From Candidatus Ryanbacteria bacterium CG10_big_fil_rev_8_21_14_0_10_43_42 (GTDB taxonomy: Bacteria; Patescibacteriota; Minisyncoccia; Ryanbacterales; 2-02-FULL-48-12), in NCBI GenBank assembly GCA_002793915.1, contig PFEF01000005.1, positions 7,571 to 71,570 on the forward strand: a stretch of 64,000 bases of DNA, in the 5' to 3' direction. Position numbers and translations under genes: made by a program. Numbering within the stretch: the first letter of the stretch is position 1; each line of letters opens with the position of its first letter. The notes below the pieces were generated by a model. It did no database searches, was not told where the DNA came from, and saw only the letters and a list, made by a program, of their open reading frames with translations. Of this stretch, positions 40,301 through 50,524 are shown in pieces.

Positions 40301-40450
40301 ATGATCAAGATTCTTAATGAAAACAACGCAACGTTCTATTAGTGTGAAATCTGCGTCTATCGGTACAAAGAAAAAGAGTGGACGGAGAAATGCGAAGTGT
40401 GGCTTAAAGAGCACCACAGCTGCAATCTTGATATAACTTCTCACGCTTAA
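40301..40450 (+). pseudogene. Small zinc-ribbon-like protein interrupted by an in-frame TAG
   Basis: MIKILNENNATFY*CEICVYRYKEKEWTEKCEVWLKEHHSCNLDITSHA; TAG at 40340-42. Confidence 0.55.
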
Positions 40451-40470
40451 GAAAATAAATAATTTACACT

Positions 40471-40508
40471 CAACAAAAAAACCACCCTCGCATGTGGTTT
40501 TTTTGTTG
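40471..40508 (+). terminator. Intrinsic terminator
   Basis: CAACAAAAAAACCAC..GTGGTTTTTTTGTTG. Confidence 0.7.
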
Positions 40509-40652
40509 ATGATTTTCTTATGCCATCGTCACCATCTTTTCTGTTTTCATGCCGAGCTATGTATGTGGCAGTGCCGCTCTCAACTCAAATCATAAATACA
40601 GTATAATGTTCCTCTATCCTTTTTATGGAGGTAATATGGTATACAGTATTAT

Positions 40653-41204
40653 ATGAGAAAGACATTTTCAATTATTATCATCATACTAGTCGTTGCCGGT
40701 TTTGGCGTAGCGTGGAAGGTTACGAAAAAAGAGGCGGCGATACCTGATTCGATCGTAACAAATTTTGAAGAATGTGTGGCGGCGGGTAATTTGGTTATGG
40801 AGTCATATCCCCGCAGGTGCCGGAATGCAGGAGAAACATACACCGAACATATAGGTAACGAGCTTGAAAAAGCGGATCTCATCCGTATTAATTCGCCGCG
40901 CCCCAATCAGAGTATTGAAAGCCCTCTTACCATTATAGGAGAAGCACGGGGCAGTTGGTTTTTTGAAGCAAGTTTTCCTGTATTTCTTACCGACTGGGAT
41001 GGTCGCATAATTGCCCAAGGAATTGCCACGGCCGAGGGAGAGTGGATGACAACGGACTTCGTACCGTTTAAGGCCGTACTTGTGTTTACGGTGGATGAGA
41101 ATGTCTACAGCACCAGAGGAACTCTTATTCTTCAAAAGGACAATCCTTCCGGACTACCCGAGCATGATGATGCACTTGAAATTCCGGTAGTGTTTGTAAA
41201 ATAA
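40653..41204 (+). CDS. Gmad2 immunoglobulin-like domain protein
   Basis: NFEECVAAG..MESYPR.C; GEARGSWFFEASFP, KDNPSGL. Confidence 0.8.
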   Translation: MRKTFSIIIIILVVAGFGVAWKVTKKEAAIPDSIVTNFEECVAAGNLVMESYPRRCRNAGETYTEHIGNELEKADLIRINSPRPNQSIESPLTIIGEARGSWFFEASFPVFLTDWDGRIIAQGIATAEGEWMTTDFVPFKAVLVFTVDENVYSTRGTLILQKDNPSGLPEHDDALEIPVVFVK

Positions 41205-41271
41205 TAAATATCTCACGGTTGGGTGACGGGTTTGTATATCGTCTACTCGTAAGATGTTAACCTATACATAT

Positions 41272-42171
41272 ATGAAAAAAATAATCTTATTCTTTGTTTT
41301 AGCAGGAATAGTTTTTGGCGGATGGTATGTTTATACGCATATAGCAAGTCCGGAGACTGTAATGAGTGTTTCGGATCCTCTTAACGCAACCTACGTTATT
41401 GCCGGAGAATCATTTACGTTAGTTGATGGATTGGCGGAAAAGGAGATTGCGCCCGGATCCGCTTCAAAGAAAGTAGTGCGGTATTTTGGCAATGAGCTTT
41501 ATAAAGATCTCAATGATGATGGCAGGGAAGATGTTGTTTTTCTGCTTACGCAAGAAACAGGAGGTTCGGGCGTATTCTTTTATGCAGTTGCGGCACTTAA
41601 TATGGAAACCGGTTATGTTGGATCGGAAGGGATATTTCTGGGCGACCGTATTGCCCCACAAACAACCGAACCGGGTACCGGAAAAATTGTGATTATTAAT
41701 TATGCGGATCGTGCGCCCGGTGAAGCATTTGCCGTTCAACCGTCTTATGCCAAAAGTTTATATATACTGCTTGATCCGAACACCATGCAGTTTGGCGAGG
41801 TTGTTCAGCAATTCGAAGGTGAAGCCGATCCGTCCCGTATGACGCTTGATATGAATGTATGGACATGGATTAAGACGGTCTATAATAATGACACGGAGTT
41901 GGTACCGCGTAATCCAGAAGCGTTTACCATCAGTTTTGCAAACGGCGAGTTTTCTGCCACAACGGATTGCAACGCCATGATTGGACAGTATAAAGTCGAA
42001 GGCGATACAATCACATTTGGGGACATTGCTTCGACAAAAAAGTTTTGTGAAGAATCTCAAGAGCAGGAATTTGCTTCCATGCTTAGGGATACGGGATCGT
42101 TTTTCTTTACAAGCAAGGGCGAACTTATCTTTAATCTCGTTTTTGACGGTGGTTCCGTTTTGTTTCGGTAA
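41272..42171 (+). CDS. Exported protein with a C-terminal META domain
   Basis: GGSGVF..LGDRI; C-terminal TDCN..G.Y..ITFG..STKKFC. Confidence 0.75.
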   Translation: MKKIILFFVLAGIVFGGWYVYTHIASPETVMSVSDPLNATYVIAGESFTLVDGLAEKEIAPGSASKKVVRYFGNELYKDLNDDGREDVVFLLTQETGGSGVFFYAVAALNMETGYVGSEGIFLGDRIAPQTTEPGTGKIVIINYADRAPGEAFAVQPSYAKSLYILLDPNTMQFGEVVQQFEGEADPSRMTLDMNVWTWIKTVYNNDTELVPRNPEAFTISFANGEFSATTDCNAMIGQYKVEGDTITFGDIASTKKFCEESQEQEFASMLRDTGSFFFTSKGELIFNLVFDGGSVLFR

Positions 42172-42285
42172 GATATCTTGCAATCTTTTTTGTCGATCCG
42201 ATTGTCGGCACGGCACTACAATTACCGGACATCTCCCTTTAATGAAGAAGATGTATTATCGGGTATAAGCTAACCTAGTAACAAT

Positions 42286-42672
42286 ATGAAAGGATATATC
42301 ATTAACATTGAAAAATCTACAAAAGATAATACCGATTATCGGCGAGTTTTATATACGGCAAAACACAGTCAGCTTGTTATTATGAATATACGCCCGGGCG
42401 AGGAAATCGAGGAGGAAGTGCATGATCTTGATCAGTTTATACGCTTTGAGGCGGGGGAAGGTGTGGTGATACTCGACGGCGTTGAGCATAATGTAAAAGC
42501 GGATGATGCCGTTATAATTCCGGAAGGCACGCGTCATACAGTTGTAAATACGGGTTCTGTTGACCTTAAGCTTTATACAGTATATTCTCCTCCGGAACAC
42601 AAGGATAGTGTTCTGCAGAAAACGAAAGCAGATGAGCATGAAGAACATTTTGATGGCGTAACAACAGAATAG
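42286..42672 (+). CDS. Cupin domain protein
   Basis: EVHDLDQF..E.G.G, IPEGTRH.V.N, LYTVYSPPEH. Confidence 0.9.
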   Translation: MKGYIINIEKSTKDNTDYRRVLYTAKHSQLVIMNIRPGEEIEEEVHDLDQFIRFEAGEGVVILDGVEHNVKADDAVIIPEGTRHTVVNTGSVDLKLYTVYSPPEHKDSVLQKTKADEHEEHFDGVTTE

Positions 42673-42722
42673 GGCTGTTATTGGCAAACGGTAATGCGTA
42701 AGAGGGAGGTTGTTTCTGAATG

Positions 42723-43295
42723 CTACCGCTTCCGATGGTGAATCAGCATCCAATTTTTTGCGAAATATACGAAGCATACGCCGGCGGAGAGAATCAGCAA
42801 ATAGGTAAGCATGATTACCGTATATGAATACGGAACGTCTCGGAGAGTCCCCAATATAATGGCAAATGTCCACGAAACAGCCGAAACAACGCCGCTTGAG
42901 AGAAGAAATACGCGATGTCGAATAAATTCATCAGAAGAAGGAAGATGATGGTTTAAGTGCCGAAATAAGCGGGGCAAATGGCTTTTATGGAATATAACGC
43001 CGTTTATGACGATAAGAAGAACGATAGTCATTTTAGAGAGAAACTTGGAAGAAGAAAGATACATTTCCATATCAAGAAAAAATAGACCGGCACCGGAAAG
43101 GATAAGAAAGATGAGCCCGATAATAACCATGGAACTTCCCAGGGTAAGAAACCCCAGTTCCGTTTTTGATATGCGTTCATCACGCACGGATTTAAAAAAC
43201 ATGGCATCCGACGTAAAAGCGCCTCCCGCGCCGATAGCAACGCCGAACAAATGAGTAATAAGGAATACTGTTTTTAGATCAATAAAATCGAACAT
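42723..43295 (-). CDS. Hypothetical multi-TM membrane protein
   Basis: HLFGVAIGAGGA, about 5 TM helices. Confidence 0.8.
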   Translation of the reverse strand: MFDFIDLKTVFLITHLFGVAIGAGGAFTSDAMFFKSVRDERISKTELGFLTLGSSMVIIGLIFLILSGAGLFFLDMEMYLSSSKFLSKMTIVLLIVINGVIFHKSHLPRLFRHLNHHLPSSDEFIRHRVFLLSSGVVSAVSWTFAIILGTLRDVPYSYTVIMLTYLLILSAGVCFVYFAKNWMLIHHRKR

Positions 43296-43377
43296 AAATC
43301 TATAATAAACAGGGTGCGGCGGTTTGGAAAGGCATGATTATTTGATTTTATTCGGCATGCGAGGGAGTATTAAGGAT

Positions 43378-43821
43378 ATGAAACAGACAGGATTTTTTTA
43401 TATTCTTATTTTCGTATCACTCGCTCTGCATGTAGTATGGGAATCGTTGCATGTGGAATTGTATACTGGCTACGAACATATAACCGGACTGCCTATCGTA
43501 TTGTACGCGTCCTTAGGAGACGTACTATACACCTTTCTTGCGCTTGGCGTGGTGGCACTGTTTAGGGATTTGCCGCGGGCGCTTTTTTCGATGCACCCGC
43601 GCGATTATATCGGCCTTGCCGTTCTCGGATTTTTCATAAGTGTTTTTGTGGAATATAAGGCGTTTTTCTTCATGCGGTGGGAGTATACGGACGCCATGCC
43701 GATTATTCCTTTTTTGGGAATAGGGCTTTCACCGGTTCTCCAAATGACAATTCTCCTCCCGCTTTCGGTGTGGATTTCTTGGTACATATATGGCCTATGC
43801 ATAAAAAGATTACCCACTTGA
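43378..43821 (+). CDS. Hypothetical membrane protein
   Basis: WESLH, GDV, WEY..MP...GLSPVLQ; 4 TM helices. Confidence 0.75.
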   Translation: MKQTGFFYILIFVSLALHVVWESLHVELYTGYEHITGLPIVLYASLGDVLYTFLALGVVALFRDLPRALFSMHPRDYIGLAVLGFFISVFVEYKAFFFMRWEYTDAMPIIPFLGIGLSPVLQMTILLPLSVWISWYIYGLCIKRLPT

Positions 43822-43965
43822 TTATAGGTTGGTTTTTGTTTGTAATTTCTATATGTTTTAGGTGGTTGCTATGTTTAAGGGGATGTGGTTATGAGGGATG
43901 AAAGGGGTACTGGAAGATATCTTTTTCCTCCTGTATACTGGCTTCATAAACAGTAGCTGTCATAC

Positions 43966-45921
43966 ATGAACCATATCGACAAAGAAGATTTTGACGAATC
44001 AGTGTCTCCCGGAGACGATTTTTTTCAGTATGTAAACGGCGGATGGTTGGAGAGTACAGAAATACCTCCCGCGGAAAGTACATGGGGTACGTTTTATATT
44101 CTTCGCGACCAGAGCAATGCTCAACTAAGAGAGATTGCGGAAGATTTGCTGGAGGATAACAATAGGGAAAAGGGGAGTAATGAGCAAAAAATCCGTGATT
44201 TTTATAAAACGGGAATGGATATGAGTACGCGAAATGAGCATGGTATAAAAGCCATTCAAGAAGAGCTGTATAGAACGAATGTTGATACGAAAGAAGATGT
44301 TATTCAGACACTCGCCCGTTTCCATACTCTGGGTATCGGTGCTTTGTGGATGCCCTATATAGAATCGGATGATAAAAATGTGGATGTTATGATTTTTCGC
44401 CTGCATCAGGCGGGTATCGGACTTCCGGACAGAGAGTACTATCTTGCAAAAGACAGTGAGCGGGAACAAATTCGGCAGAAGTATGTATCTCACATAGTGC
44501 GCATATTTTTGCTTATTGGTAAAAATGAAGAAGAAGCCCGAAAGGGCGCGGATAGTGTTTATGCTATTGAGCATGCGCTTGCTGAAGTATCCATGACGCG
44601 TACCAAGCTTCGGGATATAGCGGCACAGCACAATAAAATGACGCGTGAGAATCTTGCAATATCGTATCCCGCTATTCCGTGGGCGGCATATTTTTCTGCC
44701 GTTAATCTTCCGGATACGGAGCAGGAAATTATTGTAGATCAGCCGGAATTTTTCACAGCGATAGAAAAACTATTACAAACGCTATCATTCGAAGACTGGC
44801 GTTTATATCTTACGTGGTGTCTTGTTCACGCCGCCGCTCCTTTTTTAAGTGAAGAATTCATTAATGAAAACTTTGCATTTTACGGACGTGTGCTTGGTGG
44901 TGCAAAAGAGTTGCGTCCGCTCTGGAAACGCGTAATTACGGTGCTTGATGGCGTATTGGGAGAATGTATTGGTCAGGAGTATGTAAAACGTTATTTCAGC
45001 AAAACAGCAAAGGAGCGTATTAATGAATTGGTTGATAATCTCATTCTTGCCTATGAGGATCGTATTAAAAATCTTTCATGGATGGGTGAAGAAACAAAAC
45101 AAAAAGCGATTGAAAAATTACACGCTATTGAAAGAAAATTGGGCTATCCTGATACATGGCGGGATTATTCTGCGCTTTCCATAGGAAGCGATTCATATAT
45201 AAAAAACTATTTTCGGGCAATGGTGTTTGAATGGAATCGGATGATTGCCAAATTAGGCCGTCCGGTGGATCGTACGGAATGGCATATATCTCCGGCAACC
45301 GTTAATGCTTATTACAACCCGCTCTACAATGAGATTTTGTTTCCTGCCGCCATCTTACAGCCCCCGTTTTTTCATGAGCGCGCTGATGATGCTCTTAACT
45401 ATGGCGCAATTGGTTCGGTAATCGGACACGAACTCACACATGGATTCGATGATCAAGGAAGTCAATTTGACGCAAAAGGAAATCGAAAGAACTGGTGGAA
45501 TGAGGAGGATAAGAGAAAGTTTGAAGAAAAAGCCGGCATGTTGGTCGAGCAATATAATGCGTACGAAGTACTCCCGGGAAAATATATAAACGGCGAACTT
45601 ACATTAGGGGAAAATATTGCCGATTTAGGCGGTCTTACCATTGCTTATGATGCGTTTCAAAAATCACAGAAAGGAAGGGAATTTCTTCAGATAGATGACA
45701 TGACACCAGATGCACGGTTTTTTGCCAGTTTTGCCATTGGAGAGCGCGGTAAGATGCGCGATGAGCTTGCGGCACAGATGCTTATTGTCGATCCGCACTC
45801 ACCGGCGAAAGCGCGGGTAAATAATATTGTTTCCAATATGGATGAATTTTATAATGTTTTTCGTGTTACGGAGCAAGATAAACTTTATCGTTTACCGGAA
45901 AAACGGGCAAAAATTTGGTAA
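43966..45921 (+). CDS. M13 family metalloendopeptidase (PepO-like)
   Basis: DDFFQYVNG, VNAYY, GHELTHGFD, GENIADLGG, DPHSP. Confidence 0.95.
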   Translation: MNHIDKEDFDESVSPGDDFFQYVNGGWLESTEIPPAESTWGTFYILRDQSNAQLREIAEDLLEDNNREKGSNEQKIRDFYKTGMDMSTRNEHGIKAIQEELYRTNVDTKEDVIQTLARFHTLGIGALWMPYIESDDKNVDVMIFRLHQAGIGLPDREYYLAKDSEREQIRQKYVSHIVRIFLLIGKNEEEARKGADSVYAIEHALAEVSMTRTKLRDIAAQHNKMTRENLAISYPAIPWAAYFSAVNLPDTEQEIIVDQPEFFTAIEKLLQTLSFEDWRLYLTWCLVHAAAPFLSEEFINENFAFYGRVLGGAKELRPLWKRVITVLDGVLGECIGQEYVKRYFSKTAKERINELVDNLILAYEDRIKNLSWMGEETKQKAIEKLHAIERKLGYPDTWRDYSALSIGSDSYIKNYFRAMVFEWNRMIAKLGRPVDRTEWHISPATVNAYYNPLYNEILFPAAILQPPFFHERADDALNYGAIGSVIGHELTHGFDDQGSQFDAKGNRKNWWNEEDKRKFEEKAGMLVEQYNAYEVLPGKYINGELTLGENIADLGGLTIAYDAFQKSQKGREFLQIDDMTPDARFFASFAIGERGKMRDELAAQMLIVDPHSPAKARVNNIVSNMDEFYNVFRVTEQDKLYRLPEKRAKIW

Positions 45922-45928
45922 GGCATTA

Positions 45929-46561
45929 TTACATTTTTGGTTTTTTTATCACCTGGACAACTTTTCCGTTTATAAGAAAATTGTCATCGGGATGAATATA
46001 GATGGGAGGGAAGTCTTTTGTGGAATCGGAAACAAGAACAATCTGTTTATTTTCCGCGTCCCAATAATAGCGTTTGATATTTGCGGTATCATCGATTATG
46101 GAAAGCACAACATCACCATTCTGGGGGACGATGGCATCCGGATCTATAATAAGATAATCTCCGTCCTCAATATTTTTTTCGGCAATAGAAGCCTTGTTCA
46201 TGGAAGGACCACTCGCCTTAATGGCAAAGATGTTTTTTTTGCGGCCCAAAATTGCAGAAGATATTTTTAAATATCCCTCAATATTTTCGTCTGCAAATAT
46301 TGTTGCGGGACCGCAGTTGGCGGCTCCCACAATAGGTACAGAAACAAGAGGAGAGTTATGAATACGTCCGCGGGATACTTTCTCGATGGACTTTTTGTGC
46401 GTATCTATTTTAAGGAGACCTTTTTTCTCTAGCTGGGATAAATGATGTTTTACTTTTTGGGGATACTTTTCGCCAATATGAGATCCAATTTCTCGAAGCG
46501 TCATACCGCTAATATTTTTTTCATTTACAAGAGTAAGAATTTTTTCTTGAAGAATATGCAT
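45929..46561 (-). CDS. LexA-like repressor (HTH + S24 peptidase)
   Basis: TLREIG..VKHHLSQLEKKG; VPIVGAANCG; GPSM Ser; NIKR Lys. Confidence 0.85.
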   Translation of the reverse strand: MHILQEKILTLVNEKNISGMTLREIGSHIGEKYPQKVKHHLSQLEKKGLLKIDTHKKSIEKVSRGRIHNSPLVSVPIVGAANCGPATIFADENIEGYLKISSAILGRKKNIFAIKASGPSMNKASIAEKNIEDGDYLIIDPDAIVPQNGDVVLSIIDDTANIKRYYWDAENKQIVLVSDSTKDFPPIYIHPDDNFLINGKVVQVIKKPKM

Positions 46562-46789
46562 GGCATACAGGTTAATAAATAAGTAAAAGTCATAACAATA
46601 CTTGTAGAATACGCCGAAGAGGGTGGTATGTCAAAAAGTTATCCACATCTTTAGAAAACTAGAATTGTTGACAAGCTGTACGGATAGAAACTATCATAAG
46701 AATATTATTAAATAAAAAGGCAAGGGATGTGTTGATGTACAGCATTTTATAGATTATGTACTGCTAATGCATACCGTCTTTCAAACACC

Positions 46790-46978
46790 ATGAATAAAAT
46801 TACATCGGTGCGACTCGTTAAAGGAGAATTAAAAAAGGTCAATCAAATTATCGATTACAAAATTCTTCACGGATTTTCTTACCATAAAGAGGCGCAGTAT
46901 CATAAGTCGCTCTTGAATCGCCTGAATAGTCTTACGCGCCATGGGTGGATGGGAAATCCGTTTACAAGCTTTACATAA
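46790..46978 (+). CDS. Small hypothetical protein
   Basis: 62-aa basic ORF downstream of a TTGACA-17-TATCAT promoter, divergent from the LexA-like gene. Confidence 0.55.
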   Translation: MNKITSVRLVKGELKKVNQIIDYKILHGFSYHKEAQYHKSLLNRLNSLTRHGWMGNPFTSFT

Positions 46979-47099
46979 CATCATATGGATACGGCACTTT
47001 ATTCTATGCAAGAAACATGTGAGATTCTCGGACGAGTTTATTCAACACCGGAAAAAATAGCAAAGATACATAAAAATTACAAAAATAAAAAGGGGAATT

Positions 47100-47480
47100 A
47101 TGAAAATAACACTTTGCGGATCATTAGGCGTAATGGACACTATTATGGCCATAGGGAAGGAGCTCAAACAATATGGCCACACCGTTTTCTTTCCCACCCA
47201 AGATAATAGGCAGGAAAATAACAGCGTGCAGAGAAAAACTTATATAAGTAAGCATATGAATAAAATAAAAAACTCTGATGCAATCTTTGTGGCGAATGTT
47301 GCAAAAAATGGTGAAAAGAATTACATTGGCGCACATACATTTATGGAAATGGGATACGCACATTATTTGGGAAAGAAAATATTCACCCTCAACGATCTTC
47401 CCGATCAGTCATATATAAAGGATGAGATTATGGTAATGAATAGCATGACTGTAGGAGGTGATTTTTCAAAACTTGTATAA
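47100..47480 (+). CDS. Nucleoside deoxyribosyltransferase-like fold protein
   Basis: KITLCGS, SDAIFVAN, YIG..TFMEMGYA..GKKI. Confidence 0.65.
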   Translation: MKITLCGSLGVMDTIMAIGKELKQYGHTVFFPTQDNRQENNSVQRKTYISKHMNKIKNSDAIFVANVAKNGEKNYIGAHTFMEMGYAHYLGKKIFTLNDLPDQSYIKDEIMVMNSMTVGGDFSKLV

Positions 47481-47492
47481 AATTAGTATCGC

Positions 47493-48119
47493 ATGAATAT
47501 AAAAAAGAACGGTATAACAAACGCAAATTCACATACACGTCGTTGTGCGTGGATAAAAGGAGACACCCTTATGACAGCATATCATGATGCTGAATGGGGT
47601 GTTTCTTTACATGATGATAAAAAATTATTTGAATTTCTTATCCTCGAATCTTTTCAGGCAGGATTAAGCTGGAAAACCATTTTATATAAACGAGATAATT
47701 TTAGAAAAGCATTTGATAATTTTGATATTAAAAAAATTTCATTGTATGACGATAGAAAAATACATACGCTTCTTAATGACCGCGGGATTATTCGTAATCG
47801 TCTGAAAATATGCGCCGCAATAAAAAATGCCCGTTTAATTATTAATATAAAAGAAACATACGGTAGTTTTGATGCGTATATATGGAACTGTGTTCCGGGA
47901 CTTCCACTGCAGAATGCATGGAAGCATGTAAGTAATATTCCTGCGCGCACAAAAGAATCCGATTTTATGAGTATATGTTTAAAAAAGTATGGATTTCAGT
48001 TTATTGGCTCGACCACGTGTTATGCTTTTATGCAGGCAATCGGAATGGTAAATGATCATACAATTGACTGTTTTAGGTATAAAGAGGTATGCGAGTCACG
48101 TTCTGTGTCTAATAAATAA
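47493..48119 (+). CDS. tag: DNA-3-methyladenine glycosylase I
   Basis: RCAW..YHDAEWG, LESFQAGLSW, IIRNRLKI, GMVNDH..C. Confidence 0.96.
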   Translation: MNIKKNGITNANSHTRRCAWIKGDTLMTAYHDAEWGVSLHDDKKLFEFLILESFQAGLSWKTILYKRDNFRKAFDNFDIKKISLYDDRKIHTLLNDRGIIRNRLKICAAIKNARLIINIKETYGSFDAYIWNCVPGLPLQNAWKHVSNIPARTKESDFMSICLKKYGFQFIGSTTCYAFMQAIGMVNDHTIDCFRYKEVCESRSVSNK

Positions 48120-48203
48120 GGATATATGTATTTGTGTATCGTTATTTGGTATCATGATGGTGTAGATGTGGCGGGGTATATTATTAGAAATTAGAAGATT
48201 ATT

Positions 48204-48581
48204 ATGGATGCAAAAAAGAAAATTCTCCTTATTGACGATGACATGGCAATGGGGAAAACACTCAGTGATTATCTGGGGAAAATAGGATACGAGGTACATT
48301 CGGCACTTGACGGGGAAAAGGGTTTTGCAGAGGCAAAGGATTGGATGCCGGATATTATTCTTCTCGATATGATCATGCCTGTTATGAATGGCATGGAGAC
48401 GTTAAAAGCGTTACGGGAAGATCCGCAAACAGAGAAACTTCCGGTGATTATACTTACGAACGTGGAAATGCCGGAAGAGGTTTCCGAGGTTATGCAGATG
48501 GGAAGCGTTTACTACTTAATAAAAGCGAATTATAGTATGGAGGATATTGAGAAGAAGATTAAAAGTGTTCTTGCTGAATAA
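48204..48581 (+). CDS. Single-domain response regulator
   Basis: LLIDDD, LLDMIMP, ILTN, YLIK. Confidence 0.93.
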   Translation: MDAKKKILLIDDDMAMGKTLSDYLGKIGYEVHSALDGEKGFAEAKDWMPDIILLDMIMPVMNGMETLKALREDPQTEKLPVIILTNVEMPEEVSEVMQMGSVYYLIKANYSMEDIEKKIKSVLAE

Positions 48582-48629
48582 GATACGGGTAAACGATGGT
48601 ATATATAATTAACGGAACAATTACAGAAT

Positions 48630-49343
48630 ATGTTTGACGTATCTCTTTTTGTGGCGTTTGGTGCCGGTATTGTGTCGTTTCTTTCCCCTTGCGTGCTTCC
48701 CATTGTACCGGGATTTTTGGCTTATTTGGCAGGTTCTTCACTCGACACAGCGGATACAACTGGGCGCCGTGAAATTTTTATAAACAGCATATTTTTTGTT
48801 TTGGGGTTTTCCGTTATATTTGCTGTTTTAGGGGTAATACTAAATGGTTTTTTGCAGGCGGCAGCATATACACTGCAGGAATGGCTTTCCCGTGTAGGAG
48901 GTGCTGTTATTATTATGTTCGGCCTTTACCTTACCGGTCTTATATCCTTACCATTTCTTGAAAAATCTCATACAGTACGCGTAACAAAAACATTTCAATC
49001 GCGCTATGTAACATCCTTTGTATTTGGAACAGCATTTGCTGTAGGGTGGACACCCTGTGTAGGAGCGGCATTGGGAGTTATTCTCGGTCTAGCGGCGACT
49101 AACCCGGGAACGGCACTGTATCTTTTGTTTTCTTATGCGTTAGGGTTGGGATTGCCGTTTTTGTTGGTAGGATTTTTTGCGGCGCAAGCGGCAGGTGTTA
49201 TAAATCGGTATGCGGAAAAATTGCATTATATAACAGTTGTATTCGGCGGTATTCTTATTATTCTTGGTATTTTGGTATTTACACAGAGTCTTTCCCAGAT
49301 AGCCAATTTTGAACTTTTAAATAGATGGCTTTTACGGGAATAG
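48630..49343 (+). CDS. ccdA: CcdA-family disulfide transporter
   Basis: SFLSPCVLP, GWTPCVG, YALGLGLP. Confidence 0.92.
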   Translation: MFDVSLFVAFGAGIVSFLSPCVLPIVPGFLAYLAGSSLDTADTTGRREIFINSIFFVLGFSVIFAVLGVILNGFLQAAAYTLQEWLSRVGGAVIIMFGLYLTGLISLPFLEKSHTVRVTKTFQSRYVTSFVFGTAFAVGWTPCVGAALGVILGLAATNPGTALYLLFSYALGLGLPFLLVGFFAAQAAGVINRYAEKLHYITVVFGGILIILGILVFTQSLSQIANFELLNRWLLRE

Positions 49344-49374
49344 AAGTCATATATTATAAAAAATCGATAGATTC

Positions 49375-50514
49375 ATGAAACGAAAAAGCATTATAAGTAT
49401 ATTGGTTGTGGGCGCTATTATGGGCGTCATTATATTTTTGGAGTCTGGTAAAGTTGATATGGTAAAAATTCAGGATGGTCTGGGCGATCTTAATATATCA
49501 TTATTTGGCACGGACGATGATTCCTCACAGGACCGTATTCAGAAAAAACAGGAACAATATGAATTTGCAAAAGAAATTTCTACGCCTGACGGATTTATAA
49601 ATACGGATGGCAGTACAATTGAAGAGCTTATAGGAGAGAAAATTATCCTGGTTGATTTTTGGACCTATTCCTGTATTAATTGTCAGCGTACAATTCCTTA
49701 TCTTAACTCATGGCATGAAAAATATGCCGACGAAGGATTGGTCATTCTCGGTATTCATACGCCGGAATTTGAATTCGAAAAAGAATATGCAAATGTAAAA
49801 CGTGCGGTAGAACAATTTGGTATTATGTATCCGGTCATTCTTGATAATGATTTTTCTACCTGGCAATCGTACAAAAACCGCTACTGGCCGCGAAAATATC
49901 TTATTGATATAGATGGCTTTATTGTATACGATCACATTGGAGAAGGTGGATACAATGAGACGGAAGAAAAGATAGTAGAACTCTTAAATGAGCGGCGGGG
50001 CGTATTGGGAGAACAGGGGAATGTTTCCATAAATACCGCCTCTCCCGTAGGCGTTGAAAGCATTACGGACGTTCGCACACCGGAGACATATTTGGGTGCA
50101 AAACGGGTGGAATATTTGGCAAACCTCCCGTCGGAAAAATGCATAAGCATGTCATGTACGTATGAGGTCCGAGGGGAGATAGAACAAAATACATTTCAGC
50201 TACAGGGCGTATGGCAATTACGTCCCGAGGAATCTACGCTTATTTCCGGAGAAGGATCTTTATTTCTTCATTTCTTTGCCGGCAAGGTAAATGTGGTGGC
50301 GGGATCTGAAACTCCTGTTGAGGCCGAATTATATCTCGATGGAAAACGCGTTGAGGATGAATTTGCCGGTGCGCATGTAAAAAATGGATCTGTCATATTC
50401 CAAAATCACGATCTTTATAATCTTATCGATCTTAAGGGAGATGCCGGTGCTCATATTCTTGAAATCCGCGTGAAAAAATCAGGACTTTCCGCGTTTGCTT
50501 TTACGTTTGGATAA
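49375..50514 (+). CDS. DipZ-like extracytoplasmic thioredoxin
   Basis: DFWTYSCINCQRT, HTPEF.FE, TPETYLG, C-terminal AFTFG. Confidence 0.9.
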   Translation: MKRKSIISILVVGAIMGVIIFLESGKVDMVKIQDGLGDLNISLFGTDDDSSQDRIQKKQEQYEFAKEISTPDGFINTDGSTIEELIGEKIILVDFWTYSCINCQRTIPYLNSWHEKYADEGLVILGIHTPEFEFEKEYANVKRAVEQFGIMYPVILDNDFSTWQSYKNRYWPRKYLIDIDGFIVYDHIGEGGYNETEEKIVELLNERRGVLGEQGNVSINTASPVGVESITDVRTPETYLGAKRVEYLANLPSEKCISMSCTYEVRGEIEQNTFQLQGVWQLRPEESTLISGEGSLFLHFFAGKVNVVAGSETPVEAELYLDGKRVEDEFAGAHVKNGSVIFQNHDLYNLIDLKGDAGAHILEIRVKKSGLSAFAFTFG

Positions 50515-50524
50515 GCCGTATATT

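Noticed and set aside
36216-40510. Integrative element or prophage at tRNA-Gln
   Set aside because: No integrase, phage gene or duplicated tRNA 3' end (att site) was found; only composition hints at acquisition
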